From contig JTLS01000465.1 of the NCBI GenBank assembly GCA_000826855.1, positions 1 through 35,329 on the forward strand: 35,329 nucleotides of DNA. The letters run 5' to 3'. The notes beneath the pieces were generated by a model, which was given only the letters and a program-made list of their open reading frames with translations, had not been told where the DNA came from and did no database searches. How positions within the stretch are numbered: position 1 is the stretch's first letter; every line of letters begins with the position of its first letter. Shown here piece after piece: positions 1-10,130 of the stretch. The position numbers and the translations under genes were made by a program. Origin of the DNA: Basidioascus undulatus (Eukaryota).

Positions 1-3000
1 TGCGACGAAGACGAGCCACCGCCGTCCACGAGCAGCTGTCTGCCGTGCAGCACCCCGCACGCCTCGACGTCCGATCACCCGCCTTCCGATCATCGCACGG
101 GACCGCCCGATCAGCATCCAAGTCCCAGCGGACCGCAACAACTGCAGCGCTCGTCCTCACCGTCGACCAACAGCGAGCATCAGCAGCTCCTTGATCAGCG
201 TGCGCTTGAGCTCGAGCTCGACCCCGAATCACGTCTGCACGCCGTCGCGGACGCCGCCGTCCTCTGCCAGAAGATGGAGTACGCGCCGAGGTTGGGCGCT
301 GACCCCGAGCTCGCGGGCGTAGAGCAGCAGCAGGACGATGCTGTGAAGATGCCCGCGTTGGGTCAGACCAGGTGCTGTGAGTTTGTGTTGTCCGAGTTTC
401 TTTCGTCGCCGTCTTCGATTGTCCCAGGCGGGTCCGTTGAGGCACCGAGGACCGGATGTGCGGACCTACCCTCAGCGGGAGCATCCTTCGCTTCCGCTGC
501 TGCCTCCGGCTCTTTCCCTCATCTTGCGCTTGTCTCTCCTTACCCAATGCAGAAAGTGCTCATGTCTAATGCGCTTGGCGTGCTTGTCGGTGTCGATGCA
601 GACTGGGCCATCCTCGACAATAACCTCAACTTCGTCTACCTCGACCCTGTCCTTGAGTATCATGTCCGTCTTCCTCATCCCCCAGCCTCACTTTCCGTGG
701 CAGGTCTTCTTGGGCCGGCCCGTGCTTATCATTAGGATTTGCTTTCATACAGATGGGCGAGCAGGCTTCCTCGATGCTGGGCACTTCCTTTCACGACTAC
801 ATCCACCCCGCCGAGGCGAGCGCTGCGCGCGCTGATCTGGACGCCATCATCCGCAGCCAGACGATTTTTGGTAGCGTAACGAGGTACAGTAGTTCATAAC
901 GGCGTCTTTTGCGAGCCCATGCTGATGGTTGGTGTTGCAGAGTGCGGTTTGCTAGGTTGCCGATCATCCGACAACGGCTCGGATGCCTGAATCCCGAAGT
1001 GGACGCAACGGCAAGCAGGGTCGTAGCTGCCGATGACAACCGGTGCGCACCGCAGCTGTAGCTGAGATTACAGGGCCATTTCGGGCTGACCTCGTTACAT
1101 GAGCAGCTTCCTGCCCATCGACGTAGTCGTCAACACCATCCACCCCTCGCTTGTGCTCGTCTTTTTCCACGCCCTTATCGGTAAACCGCTTAGATCGGCT
1201 CTTCCCTGTTAAAATTGTGCTTACCCGTCGGATGGACTCAGACAAGGATCCGCAAAGTGACAACGACGAGAGCAATAAGACGGGATGGACGAACTGGTGT
1301 CATCTCCCCGTCTTCAACCCCTCTGTGCGTCTCCTGGTCGTCCAATACCAATCCTCCTCATGCCTCGCTGACAGCCCTGCACGCATAGCACGCCTCGAGC
1401 CTTCATTCCCGCATCTCGCACTACGCCTCCCAACATCCTCCTCACCACCCTCCCGTCCCACCTGGTGCGGCCCCGCAGCGCGTCTTCCAGATCCTGCGGC
1501 AGGCATCGCCTGAGACGACGCAGCGCGGCCTGAACGAGGTCGTCTTCTCGTGGCCGCCGCCTGAAGGCTGGACGGGCGAGGGGACGTACGACAGGGCACA
1601 TTACGCGACGCTGCTCGGGGAGGTGTCAATACACCAAAACACAGGCGGGCCCATGAGCGACGCTCGGACGAGCTGCACGAGGTGGGTCTGCGATTCCTGC
1701 TACGGAGGGGCGGCTCGTGCTGAATTCAGGGAGTATGGAAGGCGGTTTCGTGCGAAACACACGGTCAAGGCGGGCGGGACGCTTCGCTCGATCGACTCCA
1801 TATTTGTTCCCTATGGTCCGTTTCTGCTTCGACGATCAATACCTGTAGCGGACGCTCACACGCATTCGCGCTCCTACCAGGCGCCATCATCTTTGCATGC
1901 TTTCAAACTACCTTCGAAGCGCCCCTCCTCGACCGGCAGAGCACCGGCGCGACCTCCACAGCCACTGCCGCCCATACGCTCGCTGCGCCCTCGCACAACC
2001 CTTCCGGCGACTGGTTCGCCTTCTACCAGCACCAGCAGCCCGTCGACCCGTCCAAACCCTCCACCTCCGATCCGCGCGCATCAATAAGCGCGGCATCCGC
2101 GGGGTCCACCGTCACCGACGGGGACGACTCGGCTCCGCCGGCGAGACCCACGGTCTGTGCCAGCTGCGGGACAGATAAGAGTCCGGAGTGGCGACGGGGA
2201 CCCAGCGGGCAGAAGAACCTTTGCAACGCGTACGTTTGCGGCTCCTGCTATGGTTCTCTTCCGCATATCGCTGAACGCTTACCCGCTATTGCAGTTGTGG
2301 CTTGCGCTATGCCCGCGCCGTCGCGAAGCAGGAGAACGGCGGTCAGCCCGTCAAGCGTCGTCGGGCGGACTCGAAGTCAGGACCGAAAGCCACCAAGGCG
2401 TCTTCGACCTCTAAAAAGAAGACGTCCGTTTCCGCTGGTTCGACGTCGTCCGCTACCGGCGCGACGGCCTCCAGTCCCACAGCCAACGGCACCTCCGCCC
2501 TTCCTGCATCTGCGGCCTCCCCGACCGATACCAAGCCCTCCAACGGTCGACGCGGCACGACCGACTCGGAAATGTCCCAGCCGTCGCCGTATACCTCTGC
2601 GCCTTCCCTTCCCCTGAGTCCTCCTGGCCCTACCTTCTCGTATGACCCGCCACAGTCCGATCCGAACCAGGCGCATCAGGACTTCCGCTGGCCGCCGCCG
2701 CCGCCGAGTGCGCTCAGCGCCTACGCGGGCTCGTACCTCCCCCCAAACCTCCTCCCCGTCTCGTCCTCCGCTGCGTCTGCCGCCGCCGCCGCTGCAGCTT
2801 ACTATAATACTTCACCCGCTGCCGCCGCACACTTCCATTCCGCCGCACCGCACGACTTTGTCGCGCGACATCACCCGCCGCCGCCTGTCCTCCCCGCACC
2901 GATACTCGCACACGCGGTCGGCCCGAACGCGGGCTACTACACGCACGGCATGCCACTCCCGCCGTTCATGCAGCAGCTGCAGCACCAGCAGCCGCACCAT

Positions 3001-3084
3001 CAGCAACTCTTCGCGCAGCAGAGCCCGCCGGCTTCGCATCAGGCGCGCGCGCAGCCGCAGGAACGGCAAGGCGGGCAATCTTAG
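1..3084 (+). CDS. PAS-like domain + GATA-type (C-X2-C-X18-C-X2-C) zinc-finger transcription factor, basidiomycete 'white collar 2-type'/Gat1-like; multi-exon, probably 5'-partial
   Basis: Frame 1 is open from base 1 (first ATG at 274). Splicing at GT-AG introns (377-601, 664-752, 884-940 and others) gives GQTRCYWAILDNNLNFVYLDPVLEYH-MGEQASSMLGTSFHDYIHPAE...FGSVTRVRFARL...DNDESNKTGWTNWC...RVFQIL...SWPP...DARTSCTRRFRAKH...SIFVPYGAIIFACFQ. The zinc finger CASCGTDKSPEWRRGPSGQKNLCNA|CGLRY starts at 2156 and is split by intron 2230-2294. A P/S/A/Q-rich tail ends at TAG 3082-3084. Confidence 0.9.
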
Positions 3085-3768
3085 CATAGACAAGTATGAA
3101 GCATTTTTTCCATTTCCCCTCACCTTCCGCACCGCATCGTTCGATTGTTTGATCTAAACGCTTATTTCTTTTGGACGCTGTGCTTTCTCTGCTCCATTCT
3201 TATTCAGGTCGGCGACGTGCATACCGCCGCCGCCTTCCTTCCGTTCACGATTTCCCTCCACGCCGCTTCTTTGACCTCGATTTGTTGGGCTCCCCTCCCG
3301 AGTGTATACCGAGCGCATACCTTTGGCGCCTGTACTACTGTATCACATGCGTGGTCTTGTATAGTGAGCAGCATTTTTGTCTCGGTCATCCTGCATAGAC
3401 AACTGCATGCGAAGATCGACTTGTGCGCGCTTGCGACTCGAAAGCTTGCGCACAAAGCGTGTCCATGCAGATAACCCGTGTCAGCGGATATTTCGCACAT
3501 CGAAATGCCAGGGACTAGAAAGGAAACGCAAGGTGATAACCGTGTTCGAAAAGAGGACGGTAAGACGAAAGAGCTAGCTATGAAGCTACTTCATACAGGA
3601 GCTTTCGCTTACAATATTTCACCGAAACAAACAAAGCTGCTCGAACATACGTCTCTTTCCTAGCAGGCTGCGACTGCCGGCATACAGCTTCGCAAAGTAC
3701 ACTCCTCTGCATCGTACAACAGCTCCCCCAGCCAGCCCGCCCCTCTGTCCCACCCGCGGGCCAAGTGC

Positions 3769-5390
3769 CTACGGCCCCGCCTCAACGCCGATCTCCGGTG
3801 CCCTTGGCGGTTGCCGATGCATCTCGAAACGCGGGATCTGGCGCATCTCGCTGGGCAGCTGCTCCCCGCCGGGCGCGATGGTGTGCTTCGCCTTGATCGC
3901 GAGCTTGGGCATGCCGCGCTCGAGGCCTTCGAGGAGGACGCAGGCCTTGGAACGCGGGGCGAGTGAGCATCCCGGCCGTAGGACAGGGGAAAGAAAGGAA
4001 CGCAGCGGACCTTGCACAGGTCATTGGAGGAGATATACCCGCACCGCAGGCAGGTTTCTGTTTCTCCCCCTCAACGCATCAGCGTCTGTCCTTCTCCAGA
4101 CTGGCCCTGCTCGACGCACGTTGCTTCGGCAGCGATACCTGCACCTCCTCCGCGACCCGGAGGTTCTCCGCAGAGTGAATGATATCGACGATGCTGGACG
4201 GGCGGACGGCCTCGAGGTCCTTGATGTAGGTGCGCGCGAAGCCGCGGTACGCTTCGGGCGAGTAGATGCACTCTGTTGAGAAGTAGTCGAGCTGCAGCGG
4301 ACATCGGACACCGTCAGGAGGGCCGAGAGTGAAAGCGGAGGGAGGGAAGGAGATGTGAGTACCTTCTTGAAGTACGCATACATCACGATCTCCTTCTCGT
4401 AGGTATACCTGCAGTGCTCGGAAGTCCAATCAGTTTCGTCCTGCCAGCGCCCGTTGCCCACTCAAAGCGCACTTGAAAGGCTTCGACCGCCGGATCGTGT
4501 CCTCCCCGCGAGTGCTAATGTCGACACATCGGCCAAGGCGGGATATGTCCCCTCGCAAGACTCGAAAAGGGGTGGAGAAAGTCGTAAGGGGAAGGGCGGG
4601 ATGGAAGAGTGCTAGACGAGAAATGGACGCACTGTTCATCAGCACCGTCTCGGCTATATCGTCCGCATTGTGCCCTGTCACAATGTGCTGGACCGCTAGG
4701 GATGATGCGCCGCGGTCGAGCGCCTGGCGGCGGAAGACACCGCAGAATGTGCCTGTGCGGAAGGGGCGGCGGGCCGACGAGCAGTGTGAAGCGCTACCAC
4801 GAATTTGAAGGGGGGTTCCCCAAACACCGCGCACTCACAGTTGTTCTTTTTCCCGACCTCCCCAACAATCCGGTCCATTGTCCACCCATACAGTTCCTCA
4901 TAGCTCAAAATCTTGAGCGGCAGCTCGTACTGCTGCTGATTCCGCTTGACCGTCTCGAGCGAGTCGTCGCGGTAGCCGGAAATGCCCTCATCGATGGAGA
5001 GGAGGAAGAGCTCGAGCCCGTAGGAATGTCGGTCATTCAGGGTCTTCATGACGTGCGCTAGGACGGTAGAGTCTGTGGGATGGGGGGGTGTGGTTGAGGC
5101 GGAAGGCCCACTGGGAGCAGGTAGGCTGAGATGGGAGCACACCCTTCCCGCCTGATGCACCGATCGCTACACGGTCCCCCGGCGCAAAGAGCTTCGCGTC
5201 CGTGATAGTGTTATGCACCTCCTCCTCGAAGGCGTAGAACTGCGAGTCCCTCCTTCTCAGCGCTCGTCCTCGGCCCGGCCTGGGGCTCGCGGCGACTCAC
5301 GAAGCACCCCTTGCAGATCTGCTGGCCCGTTTTGGGGCGCTTGATGATCGCACGGGCGATATTGCATATTTGGCATGTTCGTGGAGGCAT
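3769..5390 (-). CDS. NCS6: Cytoplasmic tRNA 2-thiolation protein 1 (Ctu1/Ncs6), multi-exon
   Basis: ATG at 5390 begins [30 protein letters not shown]. Later exons give the PP-loop [85 protein letters not shown] and the C-terminal zinc motif [22 protein letters not shown]. Stop at 3769-3771. Confidence 0.96.
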
Positions 5391-5577
5391 TGTGGGGCGG
5401 AGAGTAAGTGAGCGTGAGGAGAGATGGCGGTGGAGAGAACTTCTCGAAGACAAAGCACGGCGGCGACTCGAAATTCGCATCCGCCGGCCCGGCGCCTGCG
5501 ATCGACGCGCCGGCTGGACGTTGCCTCCTGCTCTCGCGTCGCTCTCTGCCCCATTCGCTTTCTGACCTGCTATCGTC
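5391..5577. promoter_or_regulatory. Short bidirectional promoter region between divergent NCS6 and the hypothetical gene
   Basis: Only 187 bp separate the ATG at 5390 (-) from the ATG at 5578 (+). Each start has a pyrimidine-rich leader on its own strand, with a GC-rich core between them. Confidence 0.55.
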
Positions 5578-6581
5578 ATGAGCTTCAAGGCATGTTCGAT
5601 CGCATCTATTAACAATTCAGCACCGTGCTCATACCCCCCGTCCTGTGCAGGATGACGACCCAGGGAACGTCAAAGCTCTCCTCGCCGCGCTCGCAGCCAA
5701 CCCGCCCGCGCCTCCTCCTTCTCATCCCCACTCCTCAATCTCCACAACTGCACCCACGCCCTCACATACCTCATACACCTCCCATGCCCCTCCAAACGCC
5801 AATCCCGACATCGCCTCCCTCCTCTCCGTGCTCAAGCCCCTCCCGACCCCCTCTCTACACTCCCCCTCCCCGCCTCCCGCACCACCAGCAGCACCATCCG
5901 TGGCACCGGCACCGCGCCGCAAAGACCTGCGCTCCCTCACCTTCCCACAAGCACTCCCCTTCCTCTCCCAGCTCCCCCTGAGCTTTTTCGATGCGTTCAA
6001 GAAGGTCCGCCTTTCATCCCGTTCGACTTCTCAGCGGGGGGGGAGGCTGAGCTGTACGGCAGATACAGCTGCGGGACAACCAGCACGCGCTGGAGCGGGA
6101 GCTGGCGCAGGAGCGCGTGCAGATCTTGCAGGAGCACAGAAAGTCGATGAAGTTGGAGAAGGAGAAGGCAGCGCTGGCGAGGATTGATCTGAGTCAGAAC
6201 GAGCGGGTGCGTCTGATATACTTCATTCGAGTCCCTTGCCTCTATTGACCCACCCCATCACACATCCAGCAACTGTCCAAGAAACTTGAATCCGACTTGC
6301 GCGATTTCGATCGAACAGCGCTGAAGCGATGGGATGAAGAGGTGGGCTTGGCGTCCTCTCCGAATCGAAACGCCCGGCGCTGACGAGGGCTGTATCCGGC
6401 ACGGCAGGTCATGCGCCAGCAGACCTCCCTCGAACACCTCAACGTTCCCTGCTTTTTCGCTACCACCTCCCCAACGGATCTCGCGCGGCAGAAGAGGGTC
6501 TTCGAGACGCTGCTGGGGATGATGGAGGCGGAGGATGAGGATGAGGAGCCGGGAAATGATGGGGAGGGTGGGGGGTCATGA
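5578..6581 (+). CDS. Conserved fungal hypothetical protein (possibly DUF2458-like), multi-exon; first intron GC-AG
   Basis: ATGAGCTTCAAG|gcatgt...gtgcag|GATGACGAC gives MSFKDDDPGNVKALLAAL. After a Pro-rich linker come KDLRSLTFPQALP, the coiled-coil QHALERELAQERVQI, LRDFDRTALKRWDEE and QQTSLEHLNVPCFF...QKRVFETLLGMM. Stop TGA 6579-6581. The family assignment is from recalled motif similarity only. Confidence 0.75.
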
Positions 6582-7055
6582 ACAGGTTCGGTCCAAATCG
6601 GCGTGGTCGTATCGATATTGGCGACGTGCGCGGGCACGGGTTGAGGCAACACGCATGGGACGCTGACATTGGCGGGTACTCGCACTACAGTGCGTAGGCC
6701 ACAGCTGAGGCTGAGCTGTTCCTATTCTGGAGTCGCCGGGATGGTATCCGTGCGGACGCATGACCCTCACTACTGAAGATGCTGCGGGGAAGACGGACGC
6801 AGCGCCGTTGCAGCGAGTCGGTATAGCCGCCCGTCATAGACACCAGACATTTGGGTTTCATCTCCCCTGAAGGCCAAACCGAATTCGTATAGGTAAGGTC
6901 TGGTTTTTCTTTCCCATTCACTGTTGCCCTCGCAGGAACGCGCGAGCGGTGCCTTCCCTCGAGACTGCCGTCTGCTGGGAAGCGCAGCGACAACCCGCCC
7001 ATATGCTCTCCCATGACCCAAGAAGAAGAGCGATTCATAATTCGTTCAGTATCGT

Positions 7056-7723
7056 CTACTCGATGACGCTGTCTATGCGTAGGTGGGGTGGGGGAGTGGG
7101 CGGCGGAGTGTGCGTGGGTACAGAGCCAGAAGCAGGCGTATGGGCATGCGGCGCAGCTGGAGGAACGGAACTTGACGGCGTAAAGGCCGTGAAAGCGGAG
7201 TGTATCATCCTGGTAAGCGTGTCATAAATGGAAGTCGATGAAGGTGTGGGAGGTCGAGAAGGCCGGCCGGCCTTTCTGCGGTAGTCGCCATAGGCTGCTC
7301 TGACGACTGCCTGTCAGAACTTCGCGAGGAGAACAAAGATCGGTGAGTTGAAGCTCGCACCTATGGCCCACTTGCATGCGCGCTCGAGAGTACGGACGTC
7401 TTTCTGGAACTCCCACAGCCGGGCTTAAGCGTCCGGCCAGCGCTGCTGATCCCGGTCGGTTATCGAATACACGACCCCGTACTGCTCGCTCGCCCAGGAC
7501 TTGTACTCCTCGGCAATCTCTATGACCTCGAATGGGATGTCGAGGAACGTGTCGTCTACTTCGGGTCGTATAGGAAGTCGTCGGGCGGATCGACCCGCCA
7601 GGTGCTGCACCATTGGTGGAAGATCGCGTCGAGGAAGGCGTCCATAAGATCGAGCACATCGGGGAGCGATGTTCGGAGGTGAGGCGGATGCGGCAAAATG
7701 AATCGAGAGATGTCGGCCTGCAT
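7056..7723 (-). pseudogene. Probable disabled gene of unknown family
   Basis: A CT-rich leader and ACCAACCATG start at 7723 begin MQADISRFILPHPP...DDFLYDP. A 1-nt frameshift near 7560 then gives EVDDTFLDIPFEVIEIAEEYKSWASEQYG...RWPDA, an in-frame TAA (7425-7427), then ARLWEFQKD. A GTCCGT-donor intron follows, and a Pro/Ser-rich last exon ends at TAG 7056-7058. Confidence 0.45.
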
Positions 7724-8450
7724 GGTTGGTTCTTGTTGAGGTGAAGGAGAAGGTGTGGGGATTAAATGATGGTCCAGATTAAAGGGAATGCACCGCCTCA
7801 TGCGGCCGAGTATTACATCTCCTACCTTCGGAAATGAGTAGATGTCTCTCCTCCTATTGTACATCTGAGAGCTTCAATGATTGGGGAAGGGGACACATAT
7901 TCAACTTTGGAGCCTCGAACAAAGGGAATTCCACAGATGCAAACAGTTGAGAGCAGAATGTATGCACGCAGTCACGGCAGCGGCCGCCGAATCTGTTTCA
8001 GCTGGGTTGGCCTCCCACCATCGTCTACTGTCTTTTTCTCACCTTGTGTGCTCAATCATACTCTTATTTTGAACGTTTTTACTTCGCTACTCACTCGGGG
8101 CGCAGGTGCAGTCCGCAGCCTTGACACAACTTGACACAAGCGGCAATTCCCGCCCGCCCGCCGTGCGCGCCCGGCTGAGCCCCTTCTTCCCCGCGCTCCC
8201 CTCCTCAACAGAAGCGAGAGAAAGTTGGAAAAAGTCTCATTAAGACTTATGAACGTAGCTGTGCTGGAGACCTGGATTACTCGGGTACAGTACTTATTAC
8301 AATCATGCACAGCGCACGCGAGCAAGCTGGTGGTCACTCACTCTCAACGCTCATCTCGCTCATTTACACGCTCACCATCGCTCTCTCTCTTCGTCGACCC
8401 TTTCGCATGCACCGCGCTCTCGGTCTCTCTGACTCTTTCTCGCGCCAAGC

Positions 8451-8804
8451 ATGTGCTTCCGACGCTCGCCGGACCTCGTTCTGTTAGGCACCCTCGCACT
8501 CCCGACCATCATCCTCGCCTCGACCTCCCTCAACCTCACCGTCTCGCCCTCCCCCAAAGTGTGCTCCCCCTCCACCCTCACACTCTTCCCCGGCGAGGGA
8601 AAATCTTACCAGTTCCTTGTCGTCCCACTGAACGGAGTCCCCGCGCTGTATTCGTCCTCCGAGCCGAGCTTCGAGTGGACGGTGGACCTCAATGCGGGCA
8701 GGCAGTTCCTTGTTGCGGGGATGGATCGGACGGGCTGGACGGGCGGTGTTGTTTATCTGCGGGAGGCTGGACGTGGGGGGCTGGGACTTGGGTTTGGTAG
8801 GTGA
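8451..8804 (+). CDS. N-terminal part of a secreted/membrane basidiomycete protein, apparently truncated at about 8750
   Basis: ATG 8451 with a hydrophobic signal-like segment (LVLLGTLALPTIILA) and strong C-ending codon bias up to about 8750. The sequence PKVCSPSTLTL...YQFLVVP...SFEWTVDLNAGRQFLVAGMDRTGWTGG resembles the Cys-containing beta-rich extracellular domain of basidiomycete Ser/Thr-rich membrane proteins. After 8750 the frame is the antisense shadow of the next gene. Confidence 0.55.
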   Translation: MCFRRSPDLVLLGTLALPTIILASTSLNLTVSPSPKVCSPSTLTLFPGEGKSYQFLVVPLNGVPALYSSSEPSFEWTVDLNAGRQFLVAGMDRTGWTGGVVYLREAGRGGLGLGFGR

Positions 8805-10130
8805 CGTCGGGCGGGACGCAGGGACGGCGGGGGAGGCGGTGCGCGAGGAGGGGCCCGGCTGGAGGAGGGGGGAGGCCGCGGAGGAGGAGAGGGCGGGGGA
8901 GAATGTGGGTGCGTGGTGGGAGGAAGGTGGTGCGGGAGAGTGGGAGGTCGATGAGGGTGGAGGTGGGAGAGCGAGTGGCGCGGGTGCGGGAGGGGGTAAA
9001 GCGGGAGGAGGGAGCGCAAAGACGTCTTGGCGTCCTGGTTCGCCGATGGGCGTCGGGGACGCACAGCGCGACGATTCGCGCTCTCGGCCGCGAGCGTGCG
9101 AGTGATGCCCGGACGGGGTGCGTCTCTGGCCCTTCGCGGGGGAAGCGCGATGGTGCTGGTACTTGTTACTGCTCCTGCGCCTCCTCCGTCCCTTCCCCTT
9201 TCCCTCCTCCCCATTCTCTTCCTCCTGCTCCTCCGACTCGTCCTCCTCCTCCGCATCTGCCTGCTCGTCCTCCTCCTCCTCAAACCGTTCCATCTCCTCC
9301 CTCCTCTCCCTCTCGCGCTCCTCAAACAGCTGCAAGCTCAAGCTCGCCTTCCTCCCCCCGCTCGGCCCGGAATCCTTGAGCGCCGCAGCATGCGCCTCCG
9401 TCGCCAGCGCACGCATCTGCTCCTGCTCCCCCGGCCCCGGGTGGAGCGCAGGCGACGTCGCCTGGAGGTGCGCTGCGTGCGCGGGGCGGAGGGGCGACGA
9501 GTGCGGGTCGCACGTCACTGAGAGGAGGACGTCCTCCTGCGCCGAGTGGTCCTTGAGGAACGCGGAGGACGACACGTCCGTGACGCGCGCGTGGCGGGTG
9601 CGCGTGCTGGGCGCGCCGTTTGTGGAGCGGTGGGAGGCGGGGGAGGAGAGGGAGCGGGTGAGGGGGAGCGAGCGCGAGTAGGAGGAGCAGGGCGAGGGCG
9701 GGAGGTGCTCGGAGGTGGGGAAAGGTCGCCTGGACGTCGAGAGGGAGAGGGGCGACGGCGGCGGACGGCGGGCGCGCTCCGACGGCTCTGGAGAGGCATT
9801 CTGGGGCATTGGCTGCATCTTCCTCCAATTCAGCGTCTTCCTCTTCCCCTCTCTTTGCCTACTCTTCACACGCACCGGGTACGACCACGGATCTCTCCAG
9901 CTGGGAGCGAGGGAGGCGGAGCGGGGACGGAAGGACGAGGGATGGTCCGGGGGTGCGGCGGTGGATGGGTATGGCCTTTGGGGAGGGTGATGAGAGGAAG
10001 GAGGTGAAGGTGGGTGTGCGGGTAAGGTGACGATGGGCGAGAGGGGCACGACGTGCGGGGGGAGGTCGAGCTCGAGGACGGTGTGGATCGACGGCAGCTG
10101 GACAGACATCGTGTAGTTGGGCGTCAGCAT
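8750..10130 (-). CDS. Low-complexity P/S/E-rich protein resembling the N-terminal region of inositol polyphosphate kinase Kcs1; no kinase domain present (truncated)
   Basis: A long ORF with C-ending codon bias starts at ATG 10130 (or 10109) and has a probable 63-nt GT-AG intron at 9813-9875. Its motif GGRKASLSLQLFEE resembles the N-terminal GRKAS-x-LxLF motif I recall from fungal Kcs1 proteins. No QVGGH or PxxxDxKxG kinase motifs follow. The ORF runs on to a stop at 8484 only as antisense of the + strand gene. Confidence 0.5.
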
